From Trypanosoma brucei (Eukaryota): DNA of 64,000 bases. Made by a program: the position numbers and the translations under genes. How positions within the stretch are numbered: position 1 is the first letter of the stretch; each line of letters opens with the position of its first letter. The notes below the pieces were generated by a model. That model saw only the letters and a program-made list of their open reading frames with translations. It was not told where the DNA came from and searched no databases. Positions 47,355 through 57,812 of this stretch are shown one piece after another. The stretch is taken from contig CH464491.1 of the NCBI GenBank assembly GCA_000002445.1, positions 3,456,001 to 3,520,000 on the forward strand. Direction: 5' to 3'.

Positions 47355-48035
47355 GGAAGGACACAGCCAAGCTTCAAGCGCTCCAAGGTTAGAGTGTTTC
47401 CCCGTCAGTTAATCGCACCTGATGGTATTAGTTTGTTTGTCACTTGTCTTCCCTTTCTCCTTCTCCCTTTTCTGTATGTGTGGTACCCTTACAACTTACT
47501 TATCCTTTTTTTTTTGGGGGGGGGGGGAAGGGTGAACATGTAATTGTGGTATGCAAGTGATAAAGTTAGATAAAGGGTTCCACGACGAGGTCAATCAATC
47601 AAAACAAGGACCAAACTCAGCCACTAGCGGTGTAAGTTGAGAGTGCAATCACGCTCAAAAGGGTTTAAATACCTTCAGAAGACGGGGAAAAACAACAGCA
47701 ACAACAACAACAACCGTTAAGTCCGACAAAAGGTTGACGGAGTAACTTGCACACATAAAAACACAAGGAGTACGATCCGTGACACAAGAGGAAGTTCGCA
47801 GCGAGATTAACCCCCTCCCCCTTTTTGGTAGTTATTTAAGTTCTCTTCACTCACCTTCCGCTCGTTGCGCCTTTTTTTTTTCAATCCCGCACACCCTCTC
47901 TTTCCCATTCACTTTCCTCCCTCCCTGCCTTCCCAACACAAACGCTCGTACAATTTAAGTGACACTAACGCCAGTGGAACGCTTTGTTCTCACTCTTGCG
48001 GCGTCCTCTCTTGTTGCCTTCCTTTTTTTTTCTTT

Positions 48036-48494
48036 TTAGCGTTGAGCCAACCCCAATGCATCCATAACACGTTCAAGCATCAAAGAAACGGCTGCACCAC
48101 CTAACGTACCACCCACAAGCCCGGGAGCTTTATAATAACGACAGCCGTACACTCCACCCAAAAGACCACCAGAAAGTGTAGCATTCCACACATCCTTACG
48201 GCCCCGTCGCTTCTCAAGCGCAACCTCAATGCCACCGAAAAGGAAACCAAAGTAGGCAAAACTGAAGCCGAGTCTGTGGGCCGTTTTCAAACTGTAACGG
48301 AAGAAGTCGGCGGTGCCCATCCGCTGCGTTGTGGATTCGGCTGAAATCATTGCACCAAAGAGGGAAAATCCAAAACCCATTACGTAACCACCAACAACGT
48401 TCATAGCAGCTGGGGTAATGGTGCTGTCCTTCAACACCATCATTGCCTTCTGTGAGGGATCAATTTGAGGTTGGGGGTCGAGAAGTGTTGTCAT
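48036..48494 (-). CDS. TIM17: Tim17/Tim22/Tim23-family mitochondrial inner-membrane translocase subunit
   Basis: 152 aa with four predicted transmembrane helices carrying G-x3-G/A glycine-zipper repeats (GGYVMGFGFSLFGAM, GFSFAYFGFLFGG, GGLLGGVYGCRYY, GGTLGGAAVSLM). These are characteristic of the Tim17 family. Its size equals trypanosomatid Tim17. Confidence 0.75.
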   Translation of the reverse strand: MTTLLDPQPQIDPSQKAMMVLKDSTITPAAMNVVGGYVMGFGFSLFGAMISAESTTQRMGTADFFRYSLKTAHRLGFSFAYFGFLFGGIEVALEKRRGRKDVWNATLSGGLLGGVYGCRYYKAPGLVGGTLGGAAVSLMLERVMDALGLAQR

Positions 48495-49561
48495 CGTGAT
48501 GAGTCTTTATGTAATGGTCTCGTTTGACAAATATACCTGTAAGATACCTATGGCCAGCTTTTCTCTACTTGCCTTTATTTCTGCTGTGAATGATATTGAC
48601 CTCCCGGTCAGTTCTGATTGATTATGTGTTGTCTCCGATGTTCCTCCCTATTGCAGTGTTGTGACTAAAGCCCACCCTGCTTGTTTGTATTCGTCTTCCT
48701 TTCACCTTCACCTGATTGTATTCGCGTAAAAAAAAAGGTTTAAACGTACACGGTCGGTCAGCAGACCAGTGGAGTCGAAGGTGCGCCACCGATGATGTAC
48801 GAACACCACGATGTTGAAAACGCGGGAGTGTCAGGAAGAAATGGAAAGAAAGAAATGTGTGGGAGGTATTGTGTAGGAAGACATTAGGTGATAACATTAA
48901 CGCATGCGTATGCACCCACTGACCTTCACAACACTCGTCAGAATATTACCATGTCTACACATAATCAAGAATCAGCACCATTCTTATAAGTAGAAACCCG
49001 CCGCAACTCTGTTGCCGTTTCAGTCCACCCTTCGCCCGCAGCGCACGTCCTCCCGGCGTACACAATAAACACCACCCATCGCCTCCAAGCAATTTCCTCT
49101 TGCTCCTTTTTTCAACCGCATTCCCTCTTCACAACAAATCCAAACAGGAAAAAAAAACGTATTATGGTTTATAGTACCTGCATAGAGCAAGCACATAAAT
49201 ATATGGCGGGCAACAAATTGAAGTGGGGCCTCACCCAAAAGAAAAAAAAAATGATATTGATCACAAACCACTGGTGTAGCGTGCCTGTTACGAATGGGTT
49301 CGCAACCCCCTCCCCCCAACTTTCTGTCCTGCCTTCAGTTAATTGAGAGCCACCTGTGTCTAACTCCCTCCTTCTATCTGCTGCTCTCGTAACAACATGA
49401 AAGGAAAAAAACAAAAAAAGAAAACAAAAAGCATCGGCAACGGCAGCGAGCCCGATAAAGAGCAAAAAATAAGTAAATGAATATATATATATATATATAT
49501 ATATATTGCATCATTCCCCGACGACCATTTTGTTCCCGACAAGTGTGCACGTTTCATAATG

Positions 49562-50038
49562 TTACATCACCACTTCAGGATTGGACTCTAGGACGGCTAT
49601 ACGCTGCTGCGACTCTTCTCCCTCTACTTCTACTTCAAATATTCCCACAAACTGGTTGTAACCTGACAGGATGCGCAAACGCAGATATCGTACGGCTTTC
49701 CCGTCACCTGTTGGGTCAACAGTTATTCGCTCCCTCTGCTTTTCATTGCCTCCCGTGCGCGGCAACGACAACTTCGAGATAACATCAAAGTTAGTGGGAA
49801 GAGCGGAAGTGCAACGTTCCACCAACACATCTTTGGCATCGTGCAGCGTAAGTGCAACACCGGATATGTTTGCCGAGGCCACAGAGCCGACGGAAAATAT
49901 AATATCTTGAGGAAAACCACCGGTTGTTAGAATAAAGGTGGTTGGATCTCCGTCAATAAGGCACGATGGAGCCATGCTTGCATCATCATTTCGGAATGTT
50001 AGATAAACAGGGTCTATGCTCACCTTTGCCATTCGCAC
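49562..50038 (-). CDS. IFT25: Intraflagellar transport protein 25 (IFT25/HSPB11-like, galactose-binding-like fold)
   Basis: APSCLIDGDPTTFILTTGGFPQDIIFSV parallels human IFT25 HPPENIIDGNPETFWTTTGMFPQEFIICF. The C-terminal AVRYLRLRILSGYNQFVGIFEVEVEG parallels ATYLRFIIVSAFDHFASVHSVSAEG. 158 aa. Confidence 0.75.
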   Translation of the reverse strand: MRMAKVSIDPVYLTFRNDDASMAPSCLIDGDPTTFILTTGGFPQDIIFSVGSVASANISGVALTLHDAKDVLVERCTSALPTNFDVISKLSLPRTGGNEKQRERITVDPTGDGKAVRYLRLRILSGYNQFVGIFEVEVEGEESQQRIAVLESNPEVVM

Positions 50039-50833
50039 TTCTCCCTCTCCTTTTTTCTTTTAAGTTTTATTTCTCTTGATTTCCACGATCTTTCTCCTTT
50101 TTTTTTAAAAATTTTCGTTCTATGCAACTACCCTATTTTAAAGTTAGTACCTTTCTTCCCTTTTTTCTTTTTTTGAAAATCCCTCTTTCTTGTTCTCGGT
50201 ACGGCAGAAATGTCGACGACCAGACGGCCACCTCTAAAAGTTTCAATATTCACAGAACAAAATAAAAGTCAGGGAAATCGGGTAATAGAGGAAACTGTAA
50301 GTGCTGTTTGCAACACGGCATCAAGAGAAGAATCAAGAAACCGGCTTATTAGAAACAGTGCATTACAAAACATTGTTAAGCGCATACATGCATATATGTA
50401 TGTTAATTGTTTGGCGGTCACATCCGAAGTTAGGGAAGAACCATCTCCACCGCCCCCTTTTCATTTCGTTCGCACTCCCTCGGAGGTTGTTGCCCACCCG
50501 CCTCTTCACCATCTTCAGTTATTTCTGTTGTGCATCTTGAGAGGCCTTGACACTCAGCATCCCCCACATTTTTAATATTCAGCGTTGTGGTCGCAGAAAC
50601 ACAATCACAAGTGTATGGATGTCGTTGGTGTTGTCACCAATAGGCATCCTTCGCTTCCTGTCCACCTTTTCCGTCCGCGCCGGTAGTCGTGGGTCACAAC
50701 ATTGACGTGACTGGGCGATGACGCAGGACCAAAATATAAGCTCACTATCATTACGTGTCTTCACCTCTCTTGCCAAATAATAATCCTAAAACAAAAATGA
50801 GTCCCTTTCCCTGTCCACACAACGGCAGCATCA

Positions 50834-51775
50834 TCATCTCTTCCCCCTGCCCTTCCTCCTCTTCCCTAAACCAGTGCGGCGGGGGCCCAAATCAAACTCC
50901 CGTGTGTATCGTATAATTCCCTGTGAAGGCCTATTCGGGTTCTCGTCACCACCACGTGGGGCCCAAATGCTCCCGCTCTTGTCGCTGCCCTTCCGCACTT
51001 TCACCTCCCGTATGCGCTCGTCATGTTTCACCTCTCGCTGTACCCTTCGTATGGTCTTGTTAAACACACGCAGTGTACCGCTGTTTAGATCATAGCGACC
51101 CGATTGTTTAAGTGGCGTCGGGTCACCCATACGGCGAAGCAGATGAGCTCTCTTGAGTTGCCGCCGCTGGAAGAGGGCAATACGCCGATCTTTAGCAGCA
51201 TGCAAGGCACTGCCCTGAGTATAATCAACTGCTTCACCATGTGTCTCCCGCTCCCAACTCGCTCGTTGGCGCAGATCCTTCTTTTCCCCTGCCAAGAGGC
51301 GAAGACGCTCAGCAAAGCCTACTCCAGTTTTGTTATTTCGTAGGTGGTCATATGTACGTGTGTGTGGAGATGCCGGAGCCCCTCCTCCACTACCGCTGTT
51401 GACAACACTCCTACTGCCGCATCCCCCTACCGATGCTGGCCGCTTGCCCCCAATGCGTTCAAACTGCCGCCACGACTCTTCAATGCGCTCCTCCATCGTG
51501 GCGTCAGGGGCATGCAAAGCTGCCGTACGAGCATACACATCTTGCAGTTGCTCGTTGATCTTTTGGTGATGTACAAGCAGGTCGCGATGATCCTGCTTAG
51601 GAGTTTTGGGGTTCTTGCGGAATGTCTCAGTAGCCTCCGTGGCTTCGTGGTAGTGAATACCGCGATGAAGCGACCGTGGCCCGGGTATGGTCCTGCGTCG
51701 TTTTACGAGCTCACGAGTGGCGCGGCTATTCAGAGGTGGCATCACTAAACCTGAGGAAAGGGGAAAACAATGCAA
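50834..51775 (-). CDS. Hypothetical basic protein (313 aa)
   Basis: Arg/Lys-rich ORF in the array orientation. No recognisable domain. Confidence 0.35.
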   Translation of the reverse strand: MHCFPLSSGLVMPPLNSRATRELVKRRRTIPGPRSLHRGIHYHEATEATETFRKNPKTPKQDHRDLLVHHQKINEQLQDVYARTAALHAPDATMEERIEESWRQFERIGGKRPASVGGCGSRSVVNSGSGGGAPASPHTRTYDHLRNNKTGVGFAERLRLLAGEKKDLRQRASWERETHGEAVDYTQGSALHAAKDRRIALFQRRQLKRAHLLRRMGDPTPLKQSGRYDLNSGTLRVFNKTIRRVQREVKHDERIREVKVRKGSDKSGSIWAPRGGDENPNRPSQGIIRYTREFDLGPRRTGLGKRRKGRGKR

Positions 51776-52173
51776 GGAAGAAACAAGCGGCGATGAGGTT
51801 GGCGAGCGACATCGTACGTACCCACTCGAAATGCGGTGTGTTAAAAGCAGAAAAATGCTTTTTCATTCTCCTTTTCCAATGTACAGACGGTCGCGGCCCG
51901 ACGCCGGCACGCACCGGGTGTCGTCACATGGCAACAACAGTTTTTTTTTTTCGAATTATACAACTCGCTCAGGTGGTTCCCAACCGTGCGATGATGATGG
52001 AACAATGGAGGATATTAATCAGAGCAACAACTGAAACCATCTTGCTATACTAAAATGCCCTGTCAAACCACAAGGTAACAAAAAGAGCAAAAAAAAATTA
52101 GGTAGGGTATTCATTTCACAACGCGAACGAAACAATAGACGATCGATGACTAAAAAGACGTATTCCACACTAC

Positions 52174-54339
52174 TCATCTGCCGTGCGTTAAACGCAATAC
52201 TTCCAGAACATCGTCTGTACACATTTTGAGGATATTTTTGGTCATGACCAACAGCTCTTCGGCAAGATCTTCTAGAAACTCGTCTCCGGGACACTCCTTC
52301 ACGGGGAGCCACACAGTCTGGTACAAGGCGTCGCCACATTCCGTAATGGCATGACACTGCACGGGAGGGGATGACTCCACCACTGGCAAGCACGCTGGAA
52401 AATGGTACAGCGGTTCAATACAGTAAAGCGCTTCCATTTGTTCGCAGCAAAAATGACATGAAGTGGCTCTATCCCTCATACCCGAGTATGTCACGATGTC
52501 CATTGAAGTGCGCAGCGGTTGCCTGCAGGTGCCTGCCGTGAGCAAGCGGCACTCTGTGCACTTAAGGACACGCTCCACCCAATCCTTGGGGTTGGGCGGG
52601 TTAGTGTCGCCGTACTCTGAGAGAGACATTGCTTCCACCTCAACAACCGCTGTAAACATTGTTTCCGCCACTCTTTCATGTGGTCTTGGATGCAGGGGGT
52701 GCCTGATACGCTCGTCAGCTAACCGCGGACTACCCGCGAGGTAGCAACTTATGGCACAACAACGTTCCAGAAACCTGCAACAACGCAGAAGTGTCCGACT
52801 TAGTGCCTCAGGTAGTGCGCCCCTATTTCCTGTCAGGACGGCCTTCTGACGCAGGGTAAGCCTCCTACGATGCTTAACTCTCTGCCGCCGCATAGCTCCT
52901 AAAAGCAGAGCAATGGCAATATCGCTCACACAAACTTCAGGACTCCCCGCGGCACGAAGCTCAATCCATTCGTTCATACAGTCTGCAGCGCTTTGAAGCA
53001 GGATTTTAGAGCAGAAAGGTGAAATGAATAACCTCACTTGCCCACCGGCGCTGTCACTATTGATGTCCTCACCACTACCTCGGGCAACATACTTAATGAG
53101 TAATGCAATGACGGTGTGAAGTGCATGCAACACAACGGCAGTAAAGCCGAACAGACCCCGGAGTAGCCTTCCAGTCAGCGTGTGCGAATCAAACAAGAAA
53201 ACGCATGCACTTGTGTGCTCGTGCTTGCGCGGGTCGGTGTCCTCCTCACCTACGTGGTCAGTACATTCATGGCTATCATCTTTACTCCTCATTGCAGTGC
53301 TAGGCTCATTATAATTGCTAGAGTCGCTGCCATTATTATTGATGTTGCTGCTGAAAACAGGGGGGGATGTTGTTGTATACTGTATAAGACCGCATTTCAC
53401 TACCAACTGCAGCAACACCGAAGCAGTGATTGCGCGGGAACGGACACGAAGTAGAATCCCACCGCGGTGGTTTCCGTCGCCCCCGCTTTGTCCCTCATCC
53501 CCACTGTCGTAAACCTTTATGTATCGTACGTCGCACACTCCATGGACGACAGACAGTGTGGACGGAGCATTCATCAACTGGGCTGCCTTCTGCTGCGCCA
53601 ACCACTTCCAGTCGCTTCCGTTACGGACCGTGTCTTGCGTTGGAGCAACGTCGCTACACTTCACGGGCACACGACCCAAACTGCCAAAAATTCTTCGATT
53701 GTCATCGCGCCTAACTGCTGGTGCATCAACTACTGTGGTAGCTTCTGCAGTGTCTGCATTCCTCTGTCCGACCCTCTTTCGTGACGAGTTGCGGCCATCT
53801 TCCTGAACGGTGGGTGACGCGTTTCTCGACATCGGTAGCCTCGCAAAGGATTCGGACACTGCGGAAGGTACGGAGACGGTTCGCGACGGCTCCCTCCGTG
53901 ATAAAGGACTTTGTTCACCACGGTGCGACGACTGGGTTGAGCGCGGTGAGGAAGCCCGGTAAGACTGATTTTGAAACATTTCGCGCATGACGATGTGCTC
54001 CCGAAAAAACACCGGCCCGATAGTTCCCCCTTCCCCTCCTAGTTTCGGCTGAAGTATCGCCGGCAAGCGCCGTTCCAATGTGGTGGTCACCTCATGGAGC
54101 GGTGGGAGTCGCGGGAACAACATCAACAGGCCTATGCCATTACCGTTATCGTCAGCGTTCCCTTCCTCAACTGATGGCGCCGCACTTGCCTTTGGTGTGT
54201 GGGAAGTCCATAGGCACCTAATGTACCGCATGCACACGAACACAATGACGGCCAAAACAAGTGAGGCAACGGTCACTTGCAGTTCGATCAGCGCGTCAGC
54301 TTCGCTGGGGAGAAGGAACTGAATGCGGACAATTCGCAT
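52174..54339 (-). CDS. Hypothetical membrane protein with C-terminal Cys-rich region (721 aa)
   Basis: N-terminal transmembrane helix (LVLAVIVFVCMRYI). A C-terminal cluster of Cys/His reads CTECRLL...CHFCCEQMEALYCIEP...QCHAITECG. Confidence 0.45.
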   Translation of the reverse strand: MRIVRIQFLLPSEADALIELQVTVASLVLAVIVFVCMRYIRCLWTSHTPKASAAPSVEEGNADDNGNGIGLLMLFPRLPPLHEVTTTLERRLPAILQPKLGGEGGTIGPVFFREHIVMREMFQNQSYRASSPRSTQSSHRGEQSPLSRREPSRTVSVPSAVSESFARLPMSRNASPTVQEDGRNSSRKRVGQRNADTAEATTVVDAPAVRRDDNRRIFGSLGRVPVKCSDVAPTQDTVRNGSDWKWLAQQKAAQLMNAPSTLSVVHGVCDVRYIKVYDSGDEGQSGGDGNHRGGILLRVRSRAITASVLLQLVVKCGLIQYTTTSPPVFSSNINNNGSDSSNYNEPSTAMRSKDDSHECTDHVGEEDTDPRKHEHTSACVFLFDSHTLTGRLLRGLFGFTAVVLHALHTVIALLIKYVARGSGEDINSDSAGGQVRLFISPFCSKILLQSAADCMNEWIELRAAGSPEVCVSDIAIALLLGAMRRQRVKHRRRLTLRQKAVLTGNRGALPEALSRTLLRCCRFLERCCAISCYLAGSPRLADERIRHPLHPRPHERVAETMFTAVVEVEAMSLSEYGDTNPPNPKDWVERVLKCTECRLLTAGTCRQPLRTSMDIVTYSGMRDRATSCHFCCEQMEALYCIEPLYHFPACLPVVESSPPVQCHAITECGDALYQTVWLPVKECPGDEFLEDLAEELLVMTKNILKMCTDDVLEVLRLTHGR

Positions 54340-55655
54340 GAACCGTTGACTTGTCTTTGCCTGCCGCCCTCAGATACAGGACCAACATCGCATCAATAAA
54401 AAAAAACAACAAACAAAAGGACCAAGTGAAGAGGGGACACGCAAAAAAAGAAACAGTTTAGCGATGATGTTGAGGGCGGAGAATACCCGCACTCATAACG
54501 GGAATAATAGATAGCATAACAGTCACATAGGCAAAAACACCTCACAATTGCTGAGCCCACTTCATAAAATATGAGAAACAGAAAGCAAAGAAAAGTTAAG
54601 CAGTATGATGAGATTGATGTGGGTGAAGCCTATTGAAAAGAGAGAATTCGTTAAACTGCCCAGAAATACAAAACATCAATTGCGTGTGAAAGCAAGACAA
54701 CCGTTCATTAACTGACTTTAACTCTTTTGCATCGCGCTGAGACCAGCGTGCACCTTCACGGTGGTTACCCACCTTTTGCGTGTTTTGGGGCAATCAATTC
54801 CATCTCTTTTATAGTGGGGTATCCCTGAGTCCTCCTTGACCAAGACGGGCGGTGATAAGGCCAAACGCCCCTCTCCGCTGCTTGGCATAGCGAGAGCATT
54901 CCTCCTGCTCTTTGAGATCGGTTTCCCCCTTTTTCTCTCCCGAAGTCAGAGAGGAAAATGGGTCTCACTGAAAACGATAAGCAACTACCGTTTAGAGTGG
55001 GAATGTGGCTGTGGCACCGCCCTTCCCCCCCAATTTGTGCAACATCCCCCGAGTCGTTGGCATAAGGCTCCATGAAATGTTCCCAAGCGAGGTTCCAAAT
55101 GCCAGTTGTGCTGGAATTAGCCTTACAAATGCCCCCGACACGATGCAGCAGGACCGGCCTCGTAGTAAAATGACTGCTTGCCGTGCTTCACCCAATCCCT
55201 CGTCACTTATCCCATAGTACCAGTGGCACACCCGGTGCTTATATGTGTAGTATTGCTCCACGAAACATGAAGATAATGAAGAAGCACAATCAACCAACCT
55301 TGATCAGTAGATGTTGCACCCACCAATCGCCAGGACTGCTGTGATGACAGCGCCAGCGATATTTTGATAGCTTCGAACAAAGAAACTACTAAGGGATCGA
55401 GACCAAAAGACAATAAAAAGGCACAAAGGGAGCTGCACTCGGGGCACGAGGATAAACTGTTACCGACGGCCATTAACGAGGGTTGGTTGAAGTCACAGCT
55501 AAAAGGCAGAGTGATTTGCGCCGGAATATGTGTCAGTCGGCACGCCCCTAACAAACTCCGTCGGTAGCCGTTCGTATGCTCAGGGAAATATAGCTCTGTT
55601 TGTGGACCAATTAGTTATACAAGCCGACGGGAAAGGGGACGGGGAAGCAGCCATG

Positions 55656-56294
55656 TTAGTATGCGAACGGGTCAACTTGTTTCGCATACCGCATCTCCTG
55701 TTCAAGGTGTTCAGTTTCTTCTTCTGTCCACTCGTTCTCCAGCTGAAGATATGTGCGCAACCTTGCAGCTCCCTCCATAATGGAAGGTGCCTCCTTTGCA
55801 ATTTCATTCACACGCTCTGCTACATAGGCACCGAGAAGCTCCCGCAGTTCCACAACGCACAAGAAGCACGCACACTCAAAGAGCGGCATAAGTATCTCAC
55901 GCCGTTCAGCACCGCGGACAAAATCCAGATTCCACTCCGGAACAAAGTCTCTAAGGGACCCTGTGAGGGGCCTACGTGCGTCAATAACGAATCTGCTGCT
56001 CTTTTCAAGGTAATCGGCAACGGCGCGCAACACTTCTGTAGAGAAACCAAGTTCGATCTCTGGCATCTCTGTGCATCCACTTTCATCTAACTCAGCGAGC
56101 CTTTGCAGAAGTCCGATATGATTCCATGCAGAAGCGGCCGGAATCGAAACGGTCTCACCATTGGGCGACACAAGTGTCACATCGCAAGCAGCCATTGGAA
56201 AAGCCACCCCCGCGACTTTACCGTTTCTTTCCTTTTCCTTGCTTCTACAAAGTCGTGCTTGACGGTGGCATCCATAAAAGAAAAGAGGTGGCAC
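55656..56294 (-). CDS. Skp1-like protein (SCF ubiquitin-ligase adaptor family)
   Basis: The N-terminal BTB/POZ-like start VTLVSPNGETVSIPAASAWNHIGLLQRLAEL parallels Skp1 [29 protein letters not shown]. The C-terminal dimerisation helices end in LQLENEWTEEE (Skp1 RKENQWCEE). Confidence 0.6.
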   Translation of the reverse strand: MPPLFFYGCHRQARLCRSKEKERNGKVAGVAFPMAACDVTLVSPNGETVSIPAASAWNHIGLLQRLAELDESGCTEMPEIELGFSTEVLRAVADYLEKSSRFVIDARRPLTGSLRDFVPEWNLDFVRGAERREILMPLFECACFLCVVELRELLGAYVAERVNEIAKEAPSIMEGAARLRTYLQLENEWTEEETEHLEQEMRYAKQVDPFAY

Positions 56295-57812
56295 ACATAT
56301 TTATTACCTCAGTTGTAGCCCCATTATCAACTCCCAAGAAATCTCTTCACAATTGATACCGACAACAAGGGATAAAGCGATCGATAACTGCTACCCGGGT
56401 AGTTTTTGTTCCCGTCGCTAATGTAGCTGAAATTGCGCACCGGCGAACGAGTGTCATTAAACACACACACAAACCAGTGTAAATATATCCCAATCATGTG
56501 CCCCTCTGCGACGCATCCATAGAATGGCTTTCAGACGCCGCGGGGTTTGTTTTTTCTCGGTGTCCATAAGGAAGAAGTCTGGCAGAGGCTTCAGAAACAT
56601 GTGAGGAATAAAAAGTAATTAAAATAAGACGCAAGGCACGGTGATTAAGGTTTTAGTTTGTGTACACTTGCATCTGAAGACAGTATCTTCCTCTGAGTAA
56701 CAGCCCCTTGATTTTCCACCCACCCATCTGTCCTTACTTCTCTCCATCCCTTTGCCTGTGCACACACTTATCCCAGCGTAGGTAAAATATACAAACGAAC
56801 ATATATATATATATATATATATATATGCTTGTGGGTGTACTTGCGTGTACGACACTGCCCATCCAGCTTCGGTTTCATTCAATTACGTCCCCTTCCTCCT
56901 CGAACCGTGGCTCAACAACCCACCTTTGGCCGTTCTGTCCCCACTTATCACAAGAAAATCGACCCCCATCCGGCGTCCCCTGCCCTTCGTCACTTTAGTT
57001 ATGCCTACGAGAGCAAGAAAGCGAAGATAGTGGCCCAAACGAAGCGCGAAAAAAACAACATGAAAACAGGAAAGGTCTAGTTGCAGCACAAACGTATTAT
57101 ATTAGCCAATGGAAAAGAGAATACCACAACATGGGGTCCGAGCACGCTTAACCAAGTGAATCAACGTGACCAGCCAGATTGTGGTGGCAACGACAACGGC
57201 AGGGGGGGGGGAGGAGGGGAGGAAGAGGATAACACCAACATAATGTGACGGAGCCAAATTGCATTGGTCACCGCTTTTTCTTTGCGTGTTTCTTATATGA
57301 AATATGATAGGGGTGTTGCGCCTGCCTGGCTCTTCACCCAAGCAAATAAGAGGTAGCCGCCTTCTCTTCGTCAGGGAAAAGGTGGAGCCACGCGCTCCCT
57401 TTTCCCCATCTGAGCTCTGACAAGAGTCGGTAAGGTAGCAACCTAGAAGTGAGTCACATAATAAACAGAGAAACACCGATACCGATGTTTTACAAACTTT
57501 CCTCCATCAACCTCTTTGACACTCATTCACTCTTAATTACACTGAACACACGACCATGACGCCCTTTTCACCCCAAACCACTTGTTTCGCCCAACGTAAT
57601 CTCCTTTTTTTAACTTTCAAAAGTCTCCCTTAGCCCTTTTCCATCCACTCTATTTGCAGTGCCGAGGAAGAATGAAACACATGCCTTCCTACCGCAGTTC
57701 AAAACCTCCCTAATCAACGAGCGACTGCCTCTTTCACCATCTGTCTGCCACACCCTTCCCCCCACCTCAATTTTGTTCCTTCTCTTCAACTAATTTCATT
57801 TTACTCACCTCT

